DNA from: an uncultured virus (IMG/VR IMGVR_UViG_3300001533_001549)
Taxonomy: Duplodnaviria; Heunggongvirae; Uroviricota; Caudoviricetes
Virus record (IMG/VR): IMGVR_UViG_3300001533_001549
DNA: 64,000 bases
Reading direction: 5' to 3' (one strand)
The first letter of the stretch is position 1. The number at the start of each line of letters is the position of its first letter. A program made the position numbers and the translations under genes. The notes under the pieces were generated by a model that saw only the letters and a list, made by a program, of their open reading frames with translations, did not search any database and was not told where the DNA came from. Below, in pieces: positions 25,301-30,814 of this stretch.

Positions 25301-27361
25301 CTGGAAAATATAGATTCAAAAATAATCAATAGTGGTGCTTTGGATGAATTCATATCACCAACATTGAAAGAAATTGATATTCGTTCTGCTAAAGATTTCA
25401 AAGACATCTATGAATTATTAAAAGACCCGGAACATTCAAAACTTATGATAGGTTTTTCTGATATGGACAGTGTCATGGATGGCATTGAACAGAGTTGGAA
25501 ACCTTATCGGTTAGATGGTATGTTTGGTGATTTTGTTTTGCGGATGCAATTACAAATGAAACTCTTCATGCGTGCAAGTGGTGCATTCTTGTTCCGTAAT
25601 CTTGTTGATACCTGGATGCAGCTATTCAGTCATATGTATGTTGAACAAGGTGCCGTTGGAGTATTGAAAAATTCCAAACAGATCCTCAGGTACATGGGAA
25701 TGACCATGCATATTGATGCTGTTTACAAAGATGTGTCAGAAGAAAGTTTCTTGATGCGACAAGATATCAATCTTGATTATGTGAGACTGACCAAAGTTTT
25801 GGATGAAGTTTATAAAACAAGAGAAATCAGTGGAGAACAATTATTATTTGTAAAATCCGCAATCCATCGTATCAACAGTCGGTTAGAAGCTTACCTTGAA
25901 GGCGCGCAAAAAATTGAATCAAATGAATTGACTAACCGTATAAAGAACAGAATCAAACAAGCGAAAAGAATAAAAGAAGAAATGAAAAGTTTTATTGAAG
26001 ATGTAGATATTATTACTTCAAAAGACATTACAGATTTATCATCACAAGATATTATGAACTTGGTTGTTTTCAAAGAACGTCGAGCGTTGAAAAATACTGT
26101 AAGTTTTATGATGGATACGCGTTTTGCGGAATTCTTTACACTGTTTGATTACCTTCAAGTGGATCCGACTAAAACCAATGGTTATCGTAAACGTATCGAA
26201 CGTATCGTTTCAAAATATAAAGATGTGGAATATGAAGATTTCAAACACATCCTATTTGAAATATCAGCGTTCATGCAAACTAATGCACAGCTTGATGTCT
26301 ATCGTCAAGAGTCTTATAAGTATCTGACACAGATTATCAATGATGAGAAATTTAAAGACACAGAAGATTACAGACCCAAAACATATGAAGAGTTATTGGA
26401 AAGATTAAATAAAGAATCAGTCGAGCATAAAGAAAAATTCCTGGGGTATATAAAAGATCCCATGGAAGCTTTCTTGACTGGGCATTGGAAGACGGCCGGC
26501 AAAGAATTACTGAACACATATAACCAGGCCAACAGTTGGATTGAATCCACAGCTCGTATTGCCGGTTATCTGTTTGACCGTTATCTACATAATAAACAGT
26601 TTGATGATACGGTAAACAGATCTCTAAAACGTTGGTTCAATTATGGACAACGGTCACCTATTGAAATGCAATTACTTGCAGACATACCTTATCTTTCATT
26701 TCCGATAAGATCGATTGATAACTGGATTGATCGAATGACCAATCCGCAATACATAAGAGTCATGAGTGATTTTATCGATGGTATATACGATCAATACGCT
26801 GATGAAGATGGTCAGTATAATAAGTATGTCCAGTTTCAAATTCAAAATGGTTGGTTACCTATAGGCGGCAGTGTGGGTTTGCGTCTTGGTCATGGTGGTT
26901 TGGACGTTCAAAATATTTTAAGTGATTTCTCTGGGTTTATTGAACAACGTACAAGTCCTATCTTACGTGCAGTTAAAACTTTGATTAAAGATCAAGATGT
27001 TATAAGTTCTTTAAAATCTTTAGCAATGACAGGAATCATTACACGTACTGCTAATACTTTTGGTCCGCGTGAATTAATGCAACAAACACCTGTTGTACAA
27101 GATTTTGTAACGGATAAACCCCGTTCAATTGGTTCAAGTACAGCGTTCACATTTGATCATTATGAATTTGAAAAATATACTCCATATAAATATCGCTATA
27201 GTAAAAATGGAAGATATGCGTATTATGAAAATTTGTATAAAGATTGGTTTAATAAATATGGACGTATGCGTAAACCTTCGGTTAACCCTTATTATCTGGT
27301 CAAAAACATTCAATGGAAAACTTATGTACGTCAACGTCAATATCAAAACATGACAAGATAA
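4337..27361 (+). CDS. giant (7674 aa) putative virion RNA polymerase / ejection polyprotein (two-barrel RNAP); true start probably TTG 4373
   Basis: Uninterrupted 23-kb ORF. Beta-like ED (20258), DK..GFKG (20315-20350) and GELYVMLDSEH (~20780); beta'-like RKG..RK..R..V (~21260), RSP (21713) and GGDNDGD (21815-21835); DEDD-like FDMET/HNGNKFD (16682-17059). Confidence 0.85.
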   Translation: MKARANIRSVFILSNLRPRIQYMPRVNLDPSRVYNRPALPPVVVSAGGAVGANRYNLNKQFEYTLRQMAVSPFSVNSQAYMQRIRDEYGYVDSGAYEALGLVGGVVGAGTGFLLGSGFNFKQALGSTIDMNALNDAAKKRPWFNPKRIRGSEAFRTSGAIKDIKAYNRVVDTIEENRSLIKSLTASRAEKLKELTKAQEAYSIYKKRGRPAKATLDHRNTLRKGLKTAEEAVDNIDNQIKSAKGIIKTAASQADDAAFALAKTHGVAVKAGKRVSLKFAGMVPYAGMAADIASFGLSATGLAQSIEEGDALNIALNTVALVGDTAAVIGDVISLGGVTMPIGEVISNVGGLVSAGVSAIQGFLFGQTVGRSLSPEGAKAQALFTQNLYAGMAQRPAGTVATALTMFGTPMVLGALSRYRLGPVSGISRWMTTTALGNQVRAGVSMMATQAITPLTNSIDERLPWAPQNPEDVSFVSAISLMGDLNDNLYGATRMKSILVGAVAGDASEMTKAMARSWGHSDEMYKSVTFDDVRETAGLDLSPIGNSIFSVIGEMLIDPQNWYEAGVRMQRDRTVEAFTATIMKTLDYEHARVKMTGGVADLNGIGKLVEDSGILARGKRLSDADRTRLVKDVVTSYMEKGAKGVRDTLMKHSVSYFKGTDSRVRKSNRADLKTQQDAMLKLLDGMADGSFRYNVKNPDDTARAQENYKKLQSLQRKVKQGKDISEENQKLLNDITGAYENLKSVHGNDLNDARLLEEFINRADIVLSPRTLQTMYMKFNEMRYHMDLSDAFSRAVTTVSNPAMTLVKGVSFSLQKYNAYVSRFKMNNKQKAVKILSKKELLDNLSKVVDESEVEATRAKHDPQMETFEGLLAREKTDEDALVDDVAQETVRRTDEINQRREAEKSANAEVKKDIEEKRNALAELHKGNVYNSGRNYINARTKNTVYIDDQNAKSIEEEVKNYGKEDSGKEPTHDELQAKLNKDKRSRDTQVRERSLNIQDKYEALLDYTYAKSDLKLMDAIFAKYRTVVTLADLGSAELHDHLIKLLTAHNIYRRYITAFEQVPVAMILKEALDKEESLRNHDKNVMETLQKEKRKITASKAADKEKKLEANKKQILSLSGAIAGRTKRINEYTESLKKENERVDAGNKPNLAKRAVYLGEAYDALFNERNIDETLSTLDKMLPYFGLLVSGLDENGNKVTINLKTFHKKHLEKNAPLQLEYKPSIESGVLSIIKRTLGITDMDMLSKGVLDFEIDFKEKWDRYDDRYDKKYALLREFIASLDLNLSPEQRMILLEPGNMRALMIEIDNAVKFSNEKEYVQLQALSDDRLHEIVFSQMTNLKSSHLSKVMSQIKKVFAEINVDLNKALKSDEFKEMPYFWDALYRRQLGSYNEILKTNVTYRYLEASLYSHTKTNAFKTGLFVEREAMNDLLPDFLSKKQIKDIKDGKGYYSLERFIKDHSENPIIQQAKESVKKDWEHIKASNKPLDEATDNEIIGNAIDRTLKAKSQEIKKRTKERAETRERKQVHTDRMDEAFEKLGLDEITEDMYNVLRLSSSLSTKAFFELDYIKSIAKDFKGKYGSNELTRKLIIAVFMNRFLDDKVKSMDLGSIVYDFKPTSYRSSDPKDKSKKTYYQLLKEHRRTSPGHEQRVMNIAKQLVYMESKYDYIRIGKKNLVDLKRMKHETDEAFLVRRIVETYKNTDAKHFVRVYSDTSKNTSVRSAKAFKNAIKEAAHVWMIEHTSNDRVYGYDIIDDEAFAMKDVKSFLDLLAKESTEESTEIKNEIFKIATEIFDESLKKNHYDIMHNAMQRMGESLTIYEQTDKDALGERNYITPYDVVKKQMFSDTEFMNTVKDLVKMRSGRKGTKYESGIMSLLNRLGIYMNEDYQNKKDIRIQDFLRIESYKGETKFIMKGRKETDPETSIGIFQLLYTYHVTYSDFIALLNHVTKETSTTFDESVNMRIDAIQEYEQLVKEAGPLFSYLKTDVKKLGIDGFEHEELDFDYGRMYQKLRMKHILSRDIQESKDKKHPRSKNYKYTPDYFNEHMEKVYKKAMKNGLTPENLLVALLDAPKSFPIDLKKKILQRVFFMNFHIGRGEASQTNIDALQKTIDDNKVKLKGLDETTREYTRLSNKIKVDETRIKNLIYIKNRYKYSDLEVRTDKDKLDAEATFENFYRKVILADRKLTLAIFNNTIDTDADDLISADTKSPGSREALYTLIKRKNADGGNNFDTYRPDGVRKGTGMGEALNRILGEDVIRANDKDILEAVKKAALNSERWSEFLGDANIAAASDKGIIVVLPEGTSASKAYDLYKKRFILRSYLEDETFPDIFIVTKEQHDTLKSMKTAKDYRESNYAKHDDKGNVIGETLNIINTSANRERSAFDQQINMVESYMSDLKMLMDYAQASKKKLEKVADELVRYMEKVENVPELKQVYFGSEGFTASKIFKRMVRHAETHEAFSRFLELVDPTGAFTDFNMDMLGRVFFNDTYIKKGADGNHFDLNTLEKNLKTTDYETYVLLTETIRIAGKPMYARIKSALLKMQKEYGDSDISFNYNSIMNKDFLDDIIDVSKSAYAILTRLKTHHRKVYDRLMPEMRRELRTSVIRHTRFDELSERDKFLNTHSDGLYDKQGKYIKQLLNPYGGSVDYSDKDNLQRQAVRALKNVLNGTDDSGYYNEARIAESLREQRARQKARTAAINESRKGKKINNINLKNFHALLRDVNNSEKSSINKGAHGFKLYKLENDGKLKRLSELLYERIASVKKGDKNVPNLKNISKWLEEVEAAEHVVFDSAEKVYNYIIYKSLSHYVHNIENVFVTGKDEKGIAITAAVNLLRRGEDTSSESIQREMRSVEEQFKKEFKMMDKTAREEYRKNYNDKEKNISESNLLAYFLDEKSKTDLTVEIEKVLNGAEDLVFHTAVAQPKPKQEQEKAPEYKTVKEYMDKEVPEEERELFEAFKMIVVEHKKREGILRLLPDIIKAEEKGETVSTKSLPHFFDTVYSILKKSKDVKTGKKHLFKDAKEVFVYTNLNILDDNKEFLTTLRKFLFRTDTMVFENVPAYVKEFLSMFGIKERQQYNLFFTDRYNLKQKMDILAETLSKQEMYALTIFLNMRKKIFLKDYYGRKFGWQQAHNDFVIKPIKRAMETVESVEATGVFDRRSVWENSVIERVNRASNNIRHIQKGVAENNRKLSAIYIPYDSPAKEVHDMRAEYLTTRDSNMLNIARKHTREVYSGVFNDETGYAPIAEEKMVYKKLLADVVLDSIAEEFAPDVNQVGSTSTTYQDLRERFTEILNALQHKTKANDFIKMREIGYAFNLIRNDREAVYMWKREFNKYNKRLVDTEEVTALNAAVQKTVDYFSAHSYLVNGVTPDTIQAIMGRILYDRGLIKQSTVERSAKEIHERAIAHVELKKEKLQTALNSVAHSLNPNRDINDISKVIYDMTYDEIDDEIHKLENILAQRPGENLHEEKEKLALLEQKQRTLRHVLALHRAINHKVTAKMYTRVHDTYDFAYLSQKPELFKETNAGRMYANMFTKIQSLEEEQRAIEKSNSGFLGAHGSYNDARVKYDDLRNTTLVEALEKIEEAEEALKLLNEEDDYFKENTIKRIILKNPKLLEEYVLYEVTKYEKKNDALVEARASRTDGIKEEIVKEYYHRKERLEIISKFFQGSNYKAWRSITPAQVAQLSPEQKDIYDRLTETVRVLREEQKEYRKPPRIFDSEGKALFWKSAFKTLKKRDDHIRGLEQDLLDMEINRVKTVDDVDDNTKIRIVKNFFKDIIKEYNKETSFKKFFKEKGDIKRLSKVSRETLRKILERASEKTRNNLIKFFEKAYADETVKTKPLDKDVFEALIKVLMRTDKTVSEDARNFLKQTILTSEEETLSGKADPELKLLRSRFDKFVDRLQENAEFLTAIANMKNMSYKDVLFETAKEYFKTDEEEKITEENLLEIVEYLSGERNEIRKEQRTDLKKQLDDARTLRDKTNVKIAALEKYLFENPRRTEELMYEIETLKANASEVRDRHDKYFDKNINYHKNGLSNIGVFKTLYEIESDEGVLEKVLELSNHDYSGHRSLKRVIKDASDGTTDGLELHNPVVDVLISRLNYMKQHEGNIKDTYLVFDMETLKDEMGNDVPYQMTLLTQKGSKFSIRTMYFSGPVFYDYLNDGDIGPTLIKFYEQQRQILAKQFDKDLSKQEDIEWMDARTDALVKKVKKWPNDIAFVELFLRELSADNDIPIVVHNGNKFDLPNFDIFVKNISKRLLTNLYYQEIKSISPTTIRERFGNSSAGALVDRGLSYDLIEKYQLEISNIQEKIRSGKPITSAEIDRLDEFQEALWTTEALQVIKDVEREKGLIIDNETKEALFSGQDSEAMKLKQQIYNYIKSKDVRTRRQIEVDITEYFLEGFSIDHDTTSKDKEDIKVFVKDMLKNVVKRYAELRKAEKLYDEFDSADPEADRKQTRAVRIMQRIREARNTVQTGSENAYEKNTNSLRELLETHEEMISEIKGIASWVRKNGSDVKGTIDKLQQEIRETDDARKLVDDEIKKAQRSVNRLNVSERKALKELTETVQRIHDTTKNPKYLAYRTLSKKLPHMIKAQADIFRNSNTGALLRLEIVEQQRNLDELYRPLMQLLTYAKDAINSDDIDAVREKLESFIVSDELLKAMLEVKDEDGRKALNAEIEKRITKLEKYKKAQEEGTEIVLDTYIKDTLVKMKRNAQKEVQEAYKALESLWNGRKTKTLFGVVDGADINLEKDGALYKHIEYEKLLDVLKKYSGKREDEHFQNILKTIVGIQKYVKDVDLSNTIKVDDLESSFLSGKFKELLLRTIEYDLNVLNGHKTLLGSLDINKKDDLEKTATVLINKYLTVVRNAKDIESVLENRTLFNIMHGERRPLEDMSEKELAIEARQVEDSAYIRALHEKDPTNKVIKRVYKDLLRFEDKYAWSLKNYDNKEGDFYITERGDILQVSIYDSYNDTVQSFSFNKTSSKHVTFDLTYTYREIGKEILIKKKTMSLNTRFNDLDEFLKTFFSDRKGATKGLSPMDVYVEDGVDRSYESIKHLIKLYSTYRNTEAQTMKVSDIKKKGTLDTELNISKLEFVNMSKQMENKFQEELLLLQWAKRGSSFKDINRVHAGIANKVLSKFKSLVPGKVLNMIHEDFSRNFVILYDETKDLEVLKKNKIDLLNSSEGSAGSSFMRVNPYTTVPLFKHTTNPIRTVLSNTKQYVKYSANKILNDLYMKQDTVYRDNLTEYIAMDEYKVRDKERFIQYDENRNVIEIFTPNVVTEDGFNKYKNDILHRVGINMTVGFFNDSRTIEDTILMDAEDAIIYGWNQSDKTWLSAYGFKGAVRFVPGLRKTYGVSVLANAGSVYERRAFGAIHEMSLNNLRKYLLKETNPEMKLDIEFNEALKKVIEEKKEQIKKLLPIKEGKIVVDPNTDYGKLLEELFDTETTHWTDLHRAEVVDTSPIKEQLTDGSIMEYTIDPSAKMYRGELYVMLDSEHVASHMQTKAEVSSLGGITTVMRNPSNNVRGGVVISPSVVYTMMAKGDIDWTAAFPKDNRKLEIYMDIHMYGIEELIRRYETDENGNKRTVKETFMAVDRQLSSTLSSSVLEYFRLKEMTKDSEMASYAKLRLDRLDINVKQKALENLVDRKGAYYSSMFRKHEGVRQQVVANSTLLPGEIRSSREAFKALLDITETWSEDNVKGSWLSLEDVKNDEVWKMITDLESDQMKKTLDKNELREYIKRLNSFGIINIVSDFKKTDYKLSDGEIAQDLYKIEIKNKTATIEFFKRQQYSGRVLGVRSPVQDYNAVPMLKIIGFSDHSGAEANPWLYRMTGGDNDGDTYGFAAIGFEQRKHLKGLDATDPGYYDEGYIDKNRPKKKFTEGVRFGHTSVENAYVGKKTFVEVYFDNMNKRQEVRIRDSYLISELHNIAYKQAFTKKINEITEKELTNAKKVFETSYALKRIYVNMIIRNLTQGHNIADKNNNPDKVEFTAAYYDLKNNEVVAKREIDKIYNNKKYNELILRHYVYNTKADKISYADALTETILKEQRGSLSLSDQEELKKYTLETILAKETKDEKLKSLKEKMMFNVLYDRMVSNTITRIQISKRGINIFGGNRKKQMVASLLSTYQHLNKNVDGNIWNPLRNKNKEITVESIFQNLLSLTPKGKKAYEELNADLDLFENIATEKIFRTTVKKVVDVEDYNRALEKAKINEHITTEDFDALLDLVYKNYRKYLLAKKELFDLGVVYGKEDPKALIEFLKNSSKKDDTFVKSIIKRLTKDSMWLTTTEIIWLKTLYFGRFQTEADKFFRRSKRYDKLRDYADMYARGYLEQQILDRRAFNKMSDKATEIIAVAKHFGIDANSSEYLRSYTAAVEALTDLAAKRKVFIGEEHDLGMAIAMDMNPFSDVSVKDETLNKRFEELEEDYKHRLKKIRTSSTADGYKKMLEDQLQDNAKVQLLGGAVGVPEKYYKEIETTVETFLKVLNDTKSLDKALENPEFVDSVNKLMSEGIAMYHIERMLTNSYTLYRRINNYYHDKSGGSTLKQLDYAYIRYGTYFFELSRILFSPLERESFKNDYADHPEIVSFMLNIRQQDPNYFEDKKIEDVGDFSDSEKGMEPDDDTRMFIMVSKEGIKERVASMSDRIGMPEAKENFSDSDFYEHRIVNHILNELDMIGSKQPTNLYDVIESYINDMATYSKIKQNKEIKFKETGMTPSKEQQRKIDLINRYVFGFHNIAQYLQDVKKSSKELQVVLDKLTEKEKELKRLVAKTYVLEETLRTLKEKKEYFEIVKNKTELIKTLESLRRRYEERLEKFNMNVLGRAFNEELGSAAVLLHTKNKKTLKQINHNKPKYLDENFVDDLKGNNLMNMEKYQTPFLFLIDLFKKDNGDYNWDELFKWYKKNRRFYRFTVLMDAFDDESLARKLHDVVYKEDEWWNSLSSLEKAKRKNIKKRRNILKNQRFESAEDLKKYMQRLANGETDAEGKAIPKLIHRGERLENIDSKIINSGALDEFISPTLKEIDIRSAKDFKDIYELLKDPEHSKLMIGFSDMDSVMDGIEQSWKPYRLDGMFGDFVLRMQLQMKLFMRASGAFLFRNLVDTWMQLFSHMYVEQGAVGVLKNSKQILRYMGMTMHIDAVYKDVSEESFLMRQDINLDYVRLTKVLDEVYKTREISGEQLLFVKSAIHRINSRLEAYLEGAQKIESNELTNRIKNRIKQAKRIKEEMKSFIEDVDIITSKDITDLSSQDIMNLVVFKERRALKNTVSFMMDTRFAEFFTLFDYLQVDPTKTNGYRKRIERIVSKYKDVEYEDFKHILFEISAFMQTNAQLDVYRQESYKYLTQIINDEKFKDTEDYRPKTYEELLERLNKESVEHKEKFLGYIKDPMEAFLTGHWKTAGKELLNTYNQANSWIESTARIAGYLFDRYLHNKQFDDTVNRSLKRWFNYGQRSPIEMQLLADIPYLSFPIRSIDNWIDRMTNPQYIRVMSDFIDGIYDQYADEDGQYNKYVQFQIQNGWLPIGGSVGLRLGHGGLDVQNILSDFSGFIEQRTSPILRAVKTLIKDQDVISSLKSLAMTGIITRTANTFGPRELMQQTPVVQDFVTDKPRSIGSSTAFTFDHYEFEKYTPYKYRYSKNGRYAYYENLYKDWFNKYGRMRKPSVNPYYLVKNIQWKTYVRQRQYQNMTR

Positions 27362-27370
27362 AAAAAAAAT

Positions 27371-27396
27371 AAAGGGCACCCATATGGGTGCCCTTT
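27371..27396. terminator. convergent terminator between the two arms
   Basis: Perfect 26-nt palindrome AAAGGGCACCCATATGGGTGCCCTTT preceded by an A-run. Confidence 0.85.
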
Positions 27397-27443
27397 GTTC
27401 CACATAAAAAAGGAGGCAATATAGAAGATTCATTTATGTGGAC

Positions 27444-27731
27444 TCATGAATCTTCAGTCACAATATTCATTGTAATATGAGTATATTGCGCGTTTGTAGG
27501 TAATTGTTTTTCAAGACTATTAAATTCAGAAAGTATCAATGGATCATCAGAATCATATAAGATTTGAATTTGATCCGATTTGAGTGTTGTATTAAAAACC
27601 TCTAGTTCAACCACACGTATTTTTGTTTTATTATCATCAAGAAGTCGCGCCAATGCAACAGATTTACCATTCAGTTTATATGCTGAAATGGAATCAAGAT
27701 TGAAATAATATAAGAATTCATTTATTACCAT
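27444..27731 (-). CDS. hypothetical protein
   Basis: Last ORF of the minus arm; overlaps the previous stop; RBS present. Confidence 0.6.
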   Translation of the reverse strand: MVINEFLYYFNLDSISAYKLNGKSVALARLLDDNKTKIRVVELEVFNTTLKSDQIQILYDSDDPLILSEFNSLEKQLPTNAQYTHITMNIVTEDS

Positions 27732-28471
27732 GGCACCTCTCCTTTTATGCGTGCTGTAATATCTTGATGAAGTTTTTCAGGGACATCATTAAAATTTTCA
27801 AAAAGCGGCCAACCTCCCAGATTGTACCAATCGGATTCATTTTCAATAAGTTTGTATAAATTGTTTTCATATTCCTTTGGAAGTTTATAAAGAAACATTA
27901 GCTGCGTCACAGCCTCAACCAAATCAGAGTTATCTTCATAAAATTGTTGACACATATTTTTAAGATTAGGTTCCCAAGAATCTTGTACGTCCCCATGAAA
28001 TACCAATTCATACATACCTGTTTTTGAATTAAACTGTGATTTATGTATACCTGTTTCATGTAAAAGAAAATTTGCTCCGAATTCTGAATCAATAAAATCC
28101 CATTCGATAGTAAGATCTTTAGTATACATCTCAAGCAGAAGCCATTTTATTTTTTCAAGATACTCTTCGTAAGTTATTCTGTTTGAAATTTCAATGTTTC
28201 TTTGAGATGCTTCAAATATATCTTCGTCTTTTGCCCAACGTTCCAAGTACAAAAGATTAGCTTCAAATGCCCATCTACCAAAAGCTGTGAAATCTATGTT
28301 TTTATTTTTCTTAAGTTCTTGATAAGCTTCTTTAAATGAATCAGCACCGAGTGTAATTGTATAATAACCATACCTTTGTGTGTCAATTAAGTATATCCAA
28401 GCTTTGATATGTTCGGGTTTCCAAGGACCTTTAAGTTCAAGGGAACCACGAGCGTCACTTATATTAGCCAT
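27725..28471 (-). CDS. hypothetical protein
   Basis: 248-aa ORF with RBS GGAGG; MAN.S.A.G start and FGRWAF motif seen in phage ferredoxin-like proteins. Confidence 0.7.
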   Translation of the reverse strand: MANISDARGSLELKGPWKPEHIKAWIYLIDTQRYGYYTITLGADSFKEAYQELKKNKNIDFTAFGRWAFEANLLYLERWAKDEDIFEASQRNIEISNRITYEEYLEKIKWLLLEMYTKDLTIEWDFIDSEFGANFLLHETGIHKSQFNSKTGMYELVFHGDVQDSWEPNLKNMCQQFYEDNSDLVEAVTQLMFLYKLPKEYENNLYKLIENESDWYNLGGWPLFENFNDVPEKLHQDITARIKGEVPW

Positions 28472-28485
28472 TGTTTATAATCCTC

Positions 28486-28974
28486 CTAAAATAAAACAGC
28501 AATTCTAATAACTTCACCATTAGCATTTTCATCATAGTAAAGTCTTGCTGTACCATCGCCATAACCTGATTTACTTATGAATCCATTAGCAAATAAATTA
28601 TAAGTATCTATAGGCCCCTGTGCTTTATACCATTTTTTATTACTATCATAGTATTCTTCAAGAACAATATCATTGTTTTTGAATTCATGTAAAGGATAAA
28701 CACCTACCATGCCTGCATCAATACCTAATGTTTCTTTTGATTCAGATTTAGGTATAACGTTTCTCTTGTAATCAACATGAGTAATAATAAATCTATGGCC
28801 ATCCCAAGGATCATGTGCTTTCCAAAAATCAATATTGTATAAGCCTGGTTTCATATGAGTAATATGTATCATACACCATGTATCTAAATCATAACATGGA
28901 TCTGAAATAATTACATCTTTAGGTAATGTAATTTGCTGCTCAATTTCAATATGTTTTCTTAATACTGTTTGCAT
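28486..28974 (-). CDS. DUF4241-like protein
   Basis: ISDPCY, GIDAGMVG and SGYGDG motifs; start re-placed at MQTVL after the RBS. Confidence 0.65.
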   Translation of the reverse strand: MQTVLRKHIEIEQQITLPKDVIISDPCYDLDTWCMIHITHMKPGLYNIDFWKAHDPWDGHRFIITHVDYKRNVIPKSESKETLGIDAGMVGVYPLHEFKNNDIVLEEYYDSNKKWYKAQGPIDTYNLFANGFISKSGYGDGTARLYYDENANGEVIRIAVLF

Positions 28975-28987
28975 AATAATCTCCTTT

Positions 28988-29143
28988 TTAATCATCTTCT
29001 GGTTCAAAAACTGTGATAGGAAAAATACCCCAGTTATTTGGAAATGTTGAAGGGACGTTGATATCAGCGTCCCAACAACTATGAGCTTCTAGAAATTCTT
29101 TACGTTTTTCTGGAATTAAATCAATTAAAAATAATTCAAACAT
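28988..29143 (-). CDS. small hypothetical protein
   Basis: MFELFLID... preceded by GGAGG. Confidence 0.5.
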   Translation of the reverse strand: MFELFLIDLIPEKRKEFLEAHSCWDADINVPSTFPNNWGIFPITVFEPEDD

Positions 29144-29148
29144 ATTTA

Positions 29149-29328
29149 TCAGAGTTCCTCCGGTCGTGCATAACAAAAGGCTTTAAAATCTAATGGTTCC
29201 ATACTCTCATATTTGAGATCTGAATGTTTTGAATACCATTCACGAAGATAAGAAAGATATTTTTGATACATCTTTGCAGTTTCTTTAAGTTCTTCATTCT
29301 CCAATATGATATCTTTTATTTTACCCAT
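29149..29328 (-). CDS. small hypothetical protein (59 aa; not in ORF track)
   Basis: Hand-translated MGKIKDIILENEELKETAKMYQKY...; TAATG coupling with the upstream gene; RBS. Confidence 0.55.
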   Translation of the reverse strand: MGKIKDIILENEELKETAKMYQKYLSYLREWYSKHSDLKYESMEPLDFKAFCYARPEEL

Positions 29329-29657
29329 TATATTTTCTCCTTTGTGATATAGTGGTACTCTTTAAAAGTCATACCAATAAGATTTGCAATCTCAGCGATA
29401 CTGTAGTTTGTGAGCTCTCTGATGCACTCCAAAGAATTTATAAAAATTTCTTTAGTGCGTTCATCCATATAAAGTGGTGCGGTTTCCCATGCATGCCTGA
29501 GATCAGGATAATCATAATTAATATTACTTTTGATTATGATTTCAAGATATTCTGTAACAGGGATAAGTTCCCCATCATCAGTACCAAGTTTAACTGGACA
29601 AAGATCTTTGTCTATGACAAGTATTTTTTGACCATCAATAGATAGTATTTGTTTCAT
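29328..29657 (-). CDS. hypothetical protein
   Basis: RBS AAGGAG; tightly packed with neighbours. Confidence 0.65.
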   Translation of the reverse strand: MKQILSIDGQKILVIDKDLCPVKLGTDDGELIPVTEYLEIIIKSNINYDYPDLRHAWETAPLYMDERTKEIFINSLECIRELTNYSIAEIANLIGMTFKEYHYITKEKI

Positions 29658-29673
29658 TTGTGTGCTCCTTTGA

Positions 29674-29856
29674 TTAAGGTAGAGGAATATCTGATATGAT
29701 TTGATTCTTCAAATCTTGAAGCGTTTCAATAATTTTGATTTGTTCTTTCATTTTTTGTATCATGTCCAAATTGAATGTGACAATAAGATACATCATAAGA
29801 AACATGAGTAAAGCTGTTACCAGAAAACTCAAAATATTAGTGTACTTACTGTTCAT
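29674..29856 (-). CDS. small membrane protein
   Basis: N-terminal hydrophobic stretch; RBS AGGAGG. Confidence 0.55.
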   Translation of the reverse strand: MNSKYTNILSFLVTALLMFLMMYLIVTFNLDMIQKMKEQIKIIETLQDLKNQIISDIPLP

Positions 29857-29871
29857 TCAAATACCTCCTTG

Positions 29872-29904
29872 AAAAAGGCGCACAATAAGTGCGCCTTTAT
29901 TTTT
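29872..29904. terminator. intrinsic terminator
   Basis: AAAAAGGCGCAC-aataa-GTGCGCCTTT. Confidence 0.75.
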
Positions 29905-30814
29905 TGGTTTTATGTTGTTGCTTCTTAACTTCAGCAATAACTTCAGCTTCAAGAGTTTTCAGTTCATCAATAGGTAAGTCATCAAGTTTGCGTCCTGAAA
30001 GTTTAAGCTGCATAAAAGTGATCATGTTAAAAGTTTTTGCCATATGTCGTAAGTTTTCTACATACTCAGTAATAGTTTTTGTGGGAATCTCTGCATCGTC
30101 TATGGATAATTTGAATAATTCTTTACCGAATTCTTCTGTTGCAGGCCCGTAAACAAGTTCCATATCCGGGATTCCTTTATCTAAAATAAGATTATGAGTG
30201 GATTTATCGACATTGAAAACAATATCGAAATCATAATCGACACCGTCACGAAGTTCAGGTTTCAATCCATAAGATTTTGGAACAGCTTTGCCTGTTTCAC
30301 TCATTGTAACAACTGTGTCTGTCTTAGCCCGTGCAGTCACAATGACATGTTTGGGTGAAGACAAGACAGAGTCTAACATACGATTGAACTTGGCTGTGAA
30401 ATCTTGCCAATTTGTATAAGAATTTCCACCTTCTTTATCTTTGGCTGCTTTCTGATCAAGGATACCGCCCTCTTTGACCCAATAATGTGTTAAGGAATCC
30501 AAAATGACAACATCAATATCTTCTATCAAATTTAGTTCATCGAACAATTTGATAATTTTATTTGTATCATAAGGCGGATCCACCTTGATATAATTGTAAG
30601 GACCCATTTTGCGATATAGCGCGCCTCTGCCGAATTCGGAATCACTCATAATAATATGTTTGTACGCTTCTTCTTTGGTGCAGTTCCGTATGGCCATTAC
30701 AATTCCAACTGCCATCTCAAGAGCGGAATATGTTTTACCGCTGAATGGAGGGCCATACAATAAAACTTTGAGTGGCTTGATATATTTAACTGCGGGCTGT
30801 AAGTCGATAGGCAT
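29897..30814 (-). CDS. AAA_24 / Sak4-like recombinase-ATPase
   Basis: Walker A GPPFSGKT; DSEFG; VVILDSLTHYW; HVIVTARAK; DYDFD. Confidence 0.85.
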   Translation of the reverse strand: MPIDLQPAVKYIKPLKVLLYGPPFSGKTYSALEMAVGIVMAIRNCTKEEAYKHIIMSDSEFGRGALYRKMGPYNYIKVDPPYDTNKIIKLFDELNLIEDIDVVILDSLTHYWVKEGGILDQKAAKDKEGGNSYTNWQDFTAKFNRMLDSVLSSPKHVIVTARAKTDTVVTMSETGKAVPKSYGLKPELRDGVDYDFDIVFNVDKSTHNLILDKGIPDMELVYGPATEEFGKELFKLSIDDAEIPTKTITEYVENLRHMAKTFNMITFMQLKLSGRKLDDLPIDELKTLEAEVIAEVKKQQHKTKK

